Source of the DNA: Halobacteriaceae archaeon
GTDB taxonomy: Archaea; Halobacteriota; Halobacteria; Halobacteriales; Halobacteriaceae
Direction of reading: 5' to 3'
Length of the DNA: 64,000 nt
NCBI GenBank assembly: GCA_042216675.1
Contig: JBDGTS010000007.1
Coordinates: forward strand, 1 to 64,000
In this document: piece by piece, positions 11,370 through 18,792 of the stretch
How positions within the stretch are numbered: position 1 is the first letter of the stretch
How the letters are laid out: each line of letters starts with the position of its first letter
Position numbers and translations under genes: made by a program
The notes under the pieces: model-generated
Databases searched by the model: none
Told to the model about the DNA's origin: nothing
The model's input: the letters and a program-made list of their open reading frames with translations, nothing else

Positions 11370-11409
11370 AACCGCCGGGTTTGAATCCCCTCGCACTCTC
11401 GTCGGGAGT

Positions 11410-12135
11410 ATGACCTTCGTCCTCGTCGCCGACCCGCCCCATCACGGGGCGCTCCCCCGACTGGCCGACGCGACGCCGCTCTCGGACGCCGACGCCGCCG
11501 ACCTGTCGCGCGCGATGCTCCGCGACGTCGCGAGCGCAATCGCGGACAGCAACGCCCCTCTGCTGGTGAACTTCCCGCCCGCGGAGGAGAGCCACAGCGA
11601 CGACCCGGAGGCCGACCTCCGCGAGGTGCTGTCGGACGTGGCGCCCGACGCCCGCTACGAGGTGCAGGTCGGGTCCTCGTTCGCGGCCCGTGCCGGCAAC
11701 GCCATCACACACCTCCTCGACGACGAGGACCGTGGGATGGCGGGCGTCGTCCGCGCCGACGCGCCGCTTCTCACCCGTTCGGCGGTGGACGAGGCGATGA
11801 TGCGCCTCCGCCGCGACGAGGTGGCCCTCGGTCCCGCCCGAGAGGGGCGGGTCTATCTCGCCGGCTTCCGGGCGCCCGTCGACTTCTCCGACGCGTTCGC
11901 GCCCCCGTCGGTCCGGACGCTCGCGGAACGCGCGCGGGACGCCGACCGGGACGTGGGCTTTCTCCCCGTCGGTCTCCGTGTCACGGCCCCCACGGACCTG
12001 CGGACGCTGGTCGCCGTCGTCGAGGCTCACCGCGCCGGCGGGCGGGCGGTCCCCGACCACACGACGGCGTGGATAGATGACCTCGGTCTGGACCTCGTGG
12101 CCGACGGTGACGAGACGCGACTCGTCCGGGCGTAA
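11410..12135 (+). CDS. CofC/DUF2064-like (glycosyltransferase-A fold) hypothetical protein
   Basis: Pattern AMLRDV, QVGSSFAAR, ADAPLL, VALGPAREGRVYLAG and TDL. Confidence 0.65.
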   Translation: MTFVLVADPPHHGALPRLADATPLSDADAADLSRAMLRDVASAIADSNAPLLVNFPPAEESHSDDPEADLREVLSDVAPDARYEVQVGSSFAARAGNAITHLLDDEDRGMAGVVRADAPLLTRSAVDEAMMRLRRDEVALGPAREGRVYLAGFRAPVDFSDAFAPPSVRTLAERARDADRDVGFLPVGLRVTAPTDLRTLVAVVEAHRAGGRAVPDHTTAWIDDLGLDLVADGDETRLVRA

Positions 12136-12143
12136 CGGCAGGG

Positions 12144-12150
12144 CTTTTAC
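12144..12150 (+). promoter_or_regulatory. TATA box of tRNA-Ser
   Basis: CTTTTAC about 30 bp upstream of the mature tRNA 5' end, in a GC-rich context. Confidence 0.5.
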
Positions 12151-12175
12151 CCGCCCGTGGGCAACGCACGACTGC

Positions 12176-12259
12176 GGTGAGGTGGCGGAGCGGCCCATCG
12201 CGCCTGCCTTGAGAGCAGGTGTCCTTCCGGACTCCTGGGTTCAAATCCCAGCCTCACCG
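12176..12259 (+). tRNA. tRNA-Ser(TGA)
   Basis: Acceptor stem GGTGAGG/CCTCACC with discriminator G, anticodon arm CCTGC-CTTGAGA-GCAGG, long variable arm GTCC-TTCC-GGAC and T-arm CTGGG-TTCAAAT-CCCAG. No encoded CCA. Confidence 0.95.
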
Positions 12260-12310
12260 CATCACGTTCCTCCCGCGCAGTCACGTCTGCGCAGTTCTCG
12301 TGGCGGCGAC

Positions 12311-12368
12311 GGGATTTGAACGAGAGATGTCCCAGCGTCGCGAGACGACGGTCAACGCGTCGTTCAAA
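12311..12368. repeat. tRNA-adjacent palindromic element with GGGATTTGAAC...GTTCAAA ends
   Basis: Inverted repeat TTTGAACGA(12315-12323)/TCGTTCAAA(12360-12368). The left end is the exact complement of the tRNA T-arm GTTCAAATCCC. Confidence 0.65.
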
Positions 12369-12490
12369 CTTCGGCACGGCCAACCGTGCCGGCGTCCCGA
12401 GCGCTGTCGCTTGCGCGACTCCCAGTCACACCGCGTCAGTGTCCGACTCAGAGGGCAACCGTTTTGCCATCCCCACTCACAGCCACAGGT

Positions 12491-12805
12491 ATGGCAACCG
12501 CCGAGTCCGAGTGGCCGCACGACCCGGATAGCGACGAGGGGAGCGAGGGCATGCGGAAGTACGGCCTCGCCGTCGTCGCGAAGAAAGTCGACCCCGACGA
12601 CGACTTCCCCCTCGACGTCTCGGAGTTCGTCGACGAGTTCGGCGACCACCCGGTTCGCATCAATCACCGCCGCGTCGTCAGCGTCGCGGACATCTTCGAG
12701 TACGTCGACGCAGACGAGGCCGCGGACAAAGTCGAGTTCAACCAACTCGTCGGTGAGGCGATGCGCCGCGGCGACTTCTGGGATTACACCCCGGAACAGC
12801 GCTGA
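12491..12805 (+). CDS. Conserved haloarchaeal hypothetical protein (DUF5785-like)
   Basis: Acidic 104-aa ORF with WPHDPD.EGSEGMRKYG, a recurring haloarchaeal motif; typical codon usage. Confidence 0.75.
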   Translation: MATAESEWPHDPDSDEGSEGMRKYGLAVVAKKVDPDDDFPLDVSEFVDEFGDHPVRINHRRVVSVADIFEYVDADEAADKVEFNQLVGEAMRRGDFWDYTPEQR

Positions 12806-12852
12806 GCGCCGGCCATAGTTTTTAGGGCGCGCCGTCGGTAGTAGTGACTATC

Positions 12853-13386
12853 ATGAACGATAATGTCACACTCGACGGCGTGGCTTCTCGGACGTTCGTC
12901 GGCGTGAGCGAGACGGATTCGCTCCGGGCGACCGGCCGTCTGCTGGCCGACGAGGATACTGAGCGAGCCCTCGTGTTGCGGGGTACCGACCCCGTCGGCG
13001 TCGTGCGCGCCGTGGACGTTCTGGACCGCCTCACCACCGACGGCGGCGCGTCGGACACGACGGTAACGGACGTGATGTCCGACCCCCCGCCGACCCTCCC
13101 GCCGACTCGCTCGCTCGCGGACGCGGTGGCGGCGCTGTCCGAGTCCGACGTCGACCTCGTCGTCATCACCGACGACGAGGAGGTGTACGGCGTCATCACC
13201 GCCCGCGACCTCGTGGCCGCCGAGGCGTCGCGGCCCCCCGTCGAGGAGCGACAGACCGTCGCGCTCCGGGCGGCGGGTGACGGCCCCTACTCCGACCAGA
13301 GCATCTGTGAGGCGTGTGGCTCTCTCTCGCGGGAACTCGCCGGCTACAACGGCCAGTTACTCTGTCCGGACTGCCGCGGCGTGTAG
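12853..13386 (+). CDS. CBS-pair protein with C-terminal zinc ribbon
   Basis: CBS motifs (VTDVMSDPP, YGVITARDL) and CEAC...CPDC at the C-terminus. Confidence 0.85.
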   Translation: MNDNVTLDGVASRTFVGVSETDSLRATGRLLADEDTERALVLRGTDPVGVVRAVDVLDRLTTDGGASDTTVTDVMSDPPPTLPPTRSLADAVAALSESDVDLVVITDDEEVYGVITARDLVAAEASRPPVEERQTVALRAAGDGPYSDQSICEACGSLSRELAGYNGQLLCPDCRGV

Positions 13387-13422
13387 CAAGACCTTTCGGC
13401 GCCCCGCGCCGACGACGAACCG

Positions 13423-13902
13423 ATGGTGCGCATCGAGGCCGCCGAGCAGGCGGACGTCGCCGCTCTCGCGGACCTGTGGGTGTCGCTCGTCGCCGACCAG
13501 CGGGCGTACGGCGCCCACCTGCTCGCGGCCGCGAACCGCGAGCGAGTGCGGGAGTTCCTCGCCAACTTCGTCGCCACGGACTCCGTCGTCGTCGCCCGCG
13601 ACGCCGGCATCGTCGGCTTCGTGATGTTCCGCATCGAGTCCGGCGCGTACGAACAGGACGCGACGCGGGGCTTCGTCGACAACGTCTTCGTCCGCCCGGC
13701 GCGCCGGGGGGAGGGCATCGGGTCTCGTCTGCTCGACGCCGCCGAGGACGCGTTGGCCGAACGCGGCGCCGACGTGGCGGCGCTCTCGGTGCTCGCCGAC
13801 AACGAGGACGCCCGCCGCCTCTACGAGCGCCGGGGGTACAGCCCGCACCGGATCACGATGGAGCGACCGCTCGAAAGCGATACGTCTTCAAGTGTGGACT
13901 GA
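13423..13902 (+). CDS. GNAT family N-acetyltransferase
   Basis: VFVRPARRGEGIGSRLL acetyl-CoA motif and NEDARRLYERRGY. Confidence 0.9.
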   Translation: MVRIEAAEQADVAALADLWVSLVADQRAYGAHLLAAANRERVREFLANFVATDSVVVARDAGIVGFVMFRIESGAYEQDATRGFVDNVFVRPARRGEGIGSRLLDAAEDALAERGADVAALSVLADNEDARRLYERRGYSPHRITMERPLESDTSSSVD

Positions 13903-13916
13903 CTACTCCCGCCCGC

Positions 13917-13990
13917 GCCAGGGGAGCTTGGGCGGTCCAAGCACCCGACTTGTAATCGGGAGTTCGTGGGTTCAAATCCCACCCCTGGCT
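13917..13990 (+). tRNA. tRNA-Thr(TGT)
   Basis: Acceptor stem GCCAGGG/CCCTGGC with discriminator T, D-arm GCTTGG...CCAAGC, anticodon arm CCCGA-CTTGTAA-TCGGG and T-arm GTGGG-TTCAAAT-CCCAC. Confidence 0.95.
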
Positions 13991-14023
13991 TCCTGCGCCG
14001 ACTCTGGCGGGCGGTGGACGCCG

Positions 14024-14081
14024 GGGATTTGAATCAGGGAGCGGCGTCGCCGCGACCGTGGTTCAAATCCCACCCCTGGCT
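14024..14081. repeat. tRNA-adjacent palindromic element ending in a 22-bp duplicate of the tRNA-Thr 3' end
   Basis: Inverted repeat GGGATTTGAA(14024-14033)/TTCAAATCCC(14062-14071). GGTTCAAATCCCACCCCTGGCT at 14060-14081 is identical to 13969-13990. Confidence 0.8.
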
Positions 14082-14229
14082 CTTCCCCGCTCGTCGTGCG
14101 CGGCGTTCGCCGCCGTCACTCGAATTTTCGAAGCGGTGCCGCGCGTAAACACCCCGGGAAAGAGTTAATAACCGGTGTGAGAGTGACTCTCATCCGAACG
14201 ATTCCCGCTCGTCAGCGGCGGACACCACC

Positions 14230-14592
14230 ATGCACTGCATCAGTTGCGGCCGGGAGCGCGAGTTCGAACGCGTCGCAGTCGGACGCGCGGAGCGACCCGT
14301 CTTCGGCGTCGTCTGCGCGGCCTGCGAGAAGCGCCATCTCGGCCCCCTCGTAAACGGCACGGCGTCCACCGACGGCTGTTGTCTCTGTGACGGCGACGGC
14401 GAGTACGCCGTTCCCGAGTGGGACGCCATCGGCGTGAGCGAGGACGACGGCGCACTGGAGTTTCTCGAATACACAATCGGCGCCGACACACCTCATCTCT
14501 GTGCGGACCACTTCGACGAACTCGCGAAGGAGACGGCCGCCGTCGAATCCGACGCCATCACGTCCGTGCGCGCCGTCGCCGCGGACGACTAG
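14230..14592 (+). CDS. Small Cys-rich (putative zinc-binding) hypothetical protein
   Basis: CISC, CAAC, CCLC and CADH motifs; acidic; AT-rich GAGTTAATA tract upstream. Confidence 0.7.
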   Translation: MHCISCGREREFERVAVGRAERPVFGVVCAACEKRHLGPLVNGTASTDGCCLCDGDGEYAVPEWDAIGVSEDDGALEFLEYTIGADTPHLCADHFDELAKETAAVESDAITSVRAVAADD

Positions 14593-14732
14593 ATACCTCC
14601 GTCCGGTTGCAGTCTCCGATGAACTTTAGTCGGGGTGTCCGGTACTGACTGTCGTGTTAGTTACCGAGGCCGCCCATCAGTCCGTCCCGCCCGGTTCGAT
14701 TCATGCCTCCGACACACAGGTGACCGTCCCCG

Positions 14733-16688
14733 ATGTCTGAGCGAGAGGAGGACCTGTTCGTCGACGAACGGGAGCAAGTGTCGCGCCCGATGCTCCGCCT
14801 GTTCCGGGTGTACGGCAGTCGCTACCCGATTCCGATGGCCGTGGCGCTGGCGTCGAACCTCGTCTCGCCGCTGACTGGCCTCGTGCCGGCGTTCCTACTC
14901 TCCTTTGCCATCGACGCCCTGTTCAACCGGACGAAAGGGTTCACGACGCTCCCGTTCCTTCCGGACGCGTGGCTTCCCACCGGCCTCGAAGGACAGATGC
15001 TGTTCATCTCGGCGCTCTTTGTCGTCGTGTACAGCATCAACGCCGTCCTGACGTGGCTGGGTAGTTGGGGCTGGGCCGTGTTCGCCGAGAACGTTCAGCA
15101 CGCGGTGCGGACGGACGTGTACGACAAGATGCAGCGACTGGGCATGGAGTTCTTCTCGGACAAGCAGACGGGCGAACTGATGTCCATCCTCTCCAGCGAC
15201 GTGAACCGGCTGGAGGGCTTTCTCAACGGCTGGGTCGGCCGCATCCTCAACATCGGCGTCCAGGTCGGGGGCATCAGCGTCATCCTGCTCCTGACGAACT
15301 GGCAACTCGCGCTCATCGCGTTGCTCCCGACGCCCCTGCTGACGCTGGTGAGCCACCTGTTCGTGAAGAAGGTGCGCCCGATGTACCGCGAGGCGCGGCA
15401 GACGTACGGGGACCTCGCGTCGCGACTGGAGAACAACCTCAGCGGCATCGAGGTGGTGAAGTCGTTCACCACCGAACCGTTCGAGTCCGACCGGGTGAAC
15501 GACTCCTCACAGGAGCACATGGACGCGCGGTGGGGCGCCCGCCGGTGGGGCGTCCGCTTCGGGCCGAGTCTCACGCTCATCAACGGCTACGGCTACGCGC
15601 TCGTCTTCGTCGTCGGCGGCTGGTGGGTGATGTTCGGCGCGCCCGGCCCGCTCTCGGGCGCGCTGACCATCGGTAATCTGGTCCTGTTCCTCCAGTACAC
15701 CCAGCAGATTCAGGGGCCGATGTCGCAGGCCGGCCAACTGCTGAACAACTACGAGCGCGTGAAGGCGTCGGCCGAACGCGTCCTCGTGTTGATGGACCAC
15801 CCGCTCAGCATCCCCGAGGACGACGACGCCGTCACCCTCGACGACCCGGACGGCGACGTGGCGTTCGAGGACGTGTCTTTCGGCTACCCCGGCGCGGACG
15901 AGCAAGCCCTCGACGACGTGACCTTCGACGTCGAGGCGGGCGAGATGATCGGTCTCGTCGGCCCCACGGGGTCGGGCAAGTCCACGCTGATGAAACTCCT
16001 CATGCGATTCTACGACGTTAACGGGAGCTCTGCTCCCGTTCGCCAATCAGAATCGCAAGGCGATTCTGATGACGCCGACGAGGGCGCGGTGCGCGTCGAC
16101 GGCCACGACGTGCGCGACCTGTCGATTCGGAGCCTCCGGGGCTCCATCGGCTACGTCTCACAGGAGCCGTTCCTGTTCCCCGGCACCATCCGCGAGAACA
16201 TCCGCTACGGCATGGAGGCCACCGAGGACGAAATCGAGGCCGTCGCGACGCGCGCCAACGCCGACGAGTTCATCGACGCCCTCGAAGACGGCTACGACAC
16301 CGAAGTCGGTCAGCGCGGCGACAAACTCTCGGGCGGGCAACGCCAGCGCATCGCCATCGCCCGCGTCCTGCTGAAGGACCCCGAGATTCTCATCCTCGAC
16401 GAGGCGACGAGCCACGTCGACAACGAGACGGAGGTCCTCATCCAGCGGAGCCTCGAAGAGTTGGTCGCCGAGCGCACCACCTTCGCCATCGCCCATCGCC
16501 TCTCGACGGTGCGCAACGCCGACCGCATCCTCGTCCTCGACGACGGGGAAATCGTCGAGCGCGGCCCCCACGAGGAACTGCTGGAGGAAGCGGGCCTCTA
16601 CGCGAACCTCTGGCGCGTGCAGGTCGGCGAGATGGAGGCGCTCCCCGAGGAGTTCCTCGAAGAGGCGGCAGCGCGGGACCGGCGCTGA
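14733..16688 (+). CDS. ABC exporter, fused permease/ATP-binding protein
   Basis: 6-TM domain, Walker A GPTGSGKS, signature LSGGQRQR, Walker B ILILDEAT and switch IAHRLST. Confidence 0.95.
   Translation: MSEREEDLFVDEREQVSRPMLRLFRVYGSRYPIPMAVALASNLVSPLTGLVPAFLLSFAIDALFNRTKGFTTLPFLPDAWLPTGLEGQMLFISALFVVVYSINAVLTWLGSWGWAVFAENVQHAVRTDVYDKMQRLGMEFFSDKQTGELMSILSSDVNRLEGFLNGWVGRILNIGVQVGGISVILLLTNWQLALIALLPTPLLTLVSHLFVKKVRPMYREARQTYGDLASRLENNLSGIEVVKSFTTEPFESDRVNDSSQEHMDARWGARRWGVRFGPSLTLINGYGYALVFVVGGWWVMFGAPGPLSGALTIGNLVLFLQYTQQIQGPMSQAGQLLNNYERVKASAERVLVLMDHPLSIPEDDDAVTLDDPDGDVAFEDVSFGYPGADEQALDDVTFDVEAGEMIGLVGPTGSGKSTLMKLLMRFYDVNGSSAPVRQSESQGDSDDADEGAVRVDGHDVRDLSIRSLRGSIGYVSQEPFLFPGTIRENIRYGMEATEDEIEAVATRANADEFIDALEDGYDTEVGQRGDKLSGGQRQRIAIARVLLKDPEILILDEATSHVDNETEVLIQRSLEELVAERTTFAIAHRLSTVRNADRILVLDDGEIVERGPHEELLEEAGLYANLWRVQVGEMEALPEEFLEEAAARDRR
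16018..16074. mobile_element. 57-bp in-frame double-hairpin insertion (small mobile repeat) inside the ABC ATPase domain
   Basis: Perfect hairpins AACGGGAGC-tct-GCTCCCGTT and ATCAGAATCGC-aag-GCGATTCTGAT, flanked by a GACG direct repeat (16014-17 and 16071-74). Removing it restores RFYDADEGAV. Confidence 0.8.
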
Positions 16689-16967
16689 CTACCACGACCA
16701 GCCGGATTCGAGTTCGCTGACGGGCACCTCGCCGTCGAGGAAGGCCTGTCCCAACTCCCGCAGTCGGTACTCGTTCTCGGGGAGGGGCTGAATCAGGCCC
16801 TCCGCCGCCAGCCGCTCACAGCGCTGGCGGAGATACACGAGCGGGTAGGGCTGGCTCCGGTGGAGCGACCGCAGCGTGGCGCCGCCGCGGGTCCGCACCG
16901 CCAGCAGGATGCGCGGGTCCGCGACGTGCATCCACGACGGGCGTCGCTTCAGCGTCCACGTCTCCAT
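16689..16967 (-). CDS. Small winged-helix DNA-binding protein (PhiH1 repressor-like)
   Basis: WM..AD.RIL...Y...RC..L...GL....Y.L...G.AFLDGE pattern; paralogous to 17382-17645. Confidence 0.75.
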   Translation of the reverse strand: METWTLKRRPSWMHVADPRILLAVRTRGGATLRSLHRSQPYPLVYLRQRCERLAAEGLIQPLPENEYRLRELGQAFLDGEVPVSELESGWSW

Positions 16968-17055
16968 CACCCGAGGCGACGGGAGCGGCGCTCATAAGTC
17001 GCGCGACCGGACCGATTCTCGGAACAGTTTTTGGCGGGGGGTTCCAACCCCGGCC

Positions 17056-17358
17056 ATGGCGAAGTGGCTGCAGAGCGGCCTGCGCCGCGACATCTGCATC
17101 CTCGCGCACGCCCTCGACGAGCCGACGGGCCAGCGACTCAAACGGGACCTCGAAGCCCACTACGAGGACCACGTCAAGCCAACGCAGTTCTACGGCGCCC
17201 TCGACGCCCTCGTGGAGAGCGGGCACCTCACCCGCGAGGCCGACGGCCTCACCGACCGCTACGCCCTCACGGAGGCGGGCGAGGCGGCCCTCCGCGACCA
17301 GTTCGCGTGGGCCGGGGAGCGCGTCCCCCGTCGTGGGGAATCCGCCGAGCGTAAATGA
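17056..17358 (+). CDS. PadR-family winged-helix regulator
   Basis: WLQSGLRRDIC...GQRLKRDLEAHY...FYGALDALV..G...YALTEAG. Confidence 0.85.
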   Translation: MAKWLQSGLRRDICILAHALDEPTGQRLKRDLEAHYEDHVKPTQFYGALDALVESGHLTREADGLTDRYALTEAGEAALRDQFAWAGERVPRRGESAERK

Positions 17359-17381
17359 GCGCGCCCCGATAGACCACTCGA

Positions 17382-17645
17382 ATGCCGCCGCTCGCGAACT
17401 GGATGGTGCCCGCCGACGTCGAGATTCTGGAGTTCCTCGACGGGGAGAGCGACCCCGCAACCGTCGGGACGATGGCCGACGCGCTCGACTACTCCGAGGC
17501 CCATCTCACGGAGCGCTGTGAAGAACTGGCCGCACAGGGATTGGTCCAGCCCGTGACCCACGACGGCTACGTGTTGCGCCCCCTCGGTGAGGAGTATCTC
17601 GACGGCGACGTGGCCCCCGAACTCCTGAACGCGCCCGAGGAGTGA
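17382..17645 (+). CDS. Small winged-helix DNA-binding protein (PhiH1 repressor-like)
   Basis: WMVPADVEILEFL...RCEELAAQGLV...YVLRPLGEEYLDGD. Confidence 0.8.
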   Translation: MPPLANWMVPADVEILEFLDGESDPATVGTMADALDYSEAHLTERCEELAAQGLVQPVTHDGYVLRPLGEEYLDGDVAPELLNAPEE

Positions 17646-18737
17646 CTACGCGGCCACCCGGTCGAACGCCGCCGTCACCGTCACGCCCGACTCTCGCTCC
17701 GTGAGCCACGCGTCCGCGTCGTACCGGTCGAGGAGCGTTTCGACGAGGTGTAACGCGACGCCCTCGTCCGTCTGCGTCCGCTCGTCCACGTCGTCGAACC
17801 CCGCCGCCGAGCCGAGGACCGCGGCCGTCACGGGCGAGACGTGCCCTCTGTCGTCCGCGACGCGGAGCAGGACCCGCGTGTCCGTCCGCTCGACGCGGAC
17901 CGTCATCCGCTCGGCGCCGTTCTCGCCTGCCGCCGCCGCGCGGAGGAGCGCGTCGATGAGCGTCCCGAAGAGCGCGTCGGCCTCGACGTGGGCCGACGGT
18001 GGGCACTCGCCGACAGACACCGTCGCGTCGTACTCGCGTCCGTCGCCGACTGTCTCCCTGAGGACCGCGACTGCGTCGACGGGGGAGCAGTCCGCCGCGC
18101 CGTGTTCGGCCTCGATCAGCGCCCGGAGGTTCTCGACGAGCGTCACGAGGCGACGGCTCCGGTAGCGGATTCGCTCGGCGCGGCCCGCGATGGCGTCGTC
18201 GGCGCTCGCCGCGATGTCGTCGGCGTAGCCGTCGACTATCTGGAGGCCGTTGAGCAGGTGATGCCGGAGGACGCCGTTCACGAACGCGAGGTCCGTCTCC
18301 GCCGTGTCGTCCGCTTCGAGTTCGGTCGTCCGGCGCACCTCGGTGACCGACCGCCACTCCGTCACCCCGCCCCCGAGGCCGGCGACGGCGCCCGCCGCCT
18401 GCATCACGAGAAGCGCGGGGGCCGCCGACGTGACCCCACCGGGGGTGTGAAGCGCGTGGACGAGTGCGTATGCCGCCGACAACGCGATGACGCCCGCGCC
18501 GGTCCATCCGGCGACGCGCCACCGGGACCCGCAGTCCGTCGCCGACCGGAGCCAGAATCCACTCGACGCCACCGCCCCGGCCGCGAGCAACAGCACCACG
18601 GCCACCAGTCCGGCGTCGGGCGTCGGCACCCGGACCAGCAAGTAGAGTTGCGCGAGGGCACCCAACGCGAGGGCCGCGGCGATGCCGACGATGCCGACGG
18701 CGCCGTCGTCCCACGTGGTCGGGGTGGAGTGGCTCAT
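17646..18737 (-). CDS. Membrane sensor histidine kinase-like protein with degenerate ATPase domain
   Basis: Four N-terminal TM helices and an H-box LAFVNGVLRHHLLNGLQIVDGYA. The N, G1 and G2 boxes are degenerate (LLRAA, DDRGH, EGVAL). Confidence 0.75.
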   Translation of the reverse strand: MSHSTPTTWDDGAVGIVGIAAALALGALAQLYLLVRVPTPDAGLVAVVLLLAAGAVASSGFWLRSATDCGSRWRVAGWTGAGVIALSAAYALVHALHTPGGVTSAAPALLVMQAAGAVAGLGGGVTEWRSVTEVRRTTELEADDTAETDLAFVNGVLRHHLLNGLQIVDGYADDIAASADDAIAGRAERIRYRSRRLVTLVENLRALIEAEHGAADCSPVDAVAVLRETVGDGREYDATVSVGECPPSAHVEADALFGTLIDALLRAAAAGENGAERMTVRVERTDTRVLLRVADDRGHVSPVTAAVLGSAAGFDDVDERTQTDEGVALHLVETLLDRYDADAWLTERESGVTVTAAFDRVAA

Positions 18738-18792
18738 CCGTCCCGAGCGATTTCCTATCAGAGGGTATTAATGCTTCGGAGCGCGGGGCGTG

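Noticed and set aside
11378-11390. GGGTTTGAATCCC resembling a T-arm or the tRNA-associated repeat
   Set aside because: It lies about 25-30 bp upstream of the ATG at 11410 and is better explained as a TATA element; there is no cloverleaf or partner arm.
12176-12259. Selenocysteine or opal-suppressor tRNA
   Set aside because: The anticodon is TGA (reads UCA, Ser), not TCA, and the 7-bp acceptor stem is standard. The extra flanking TGC/GCA pairing lies outside the mature tRNA.
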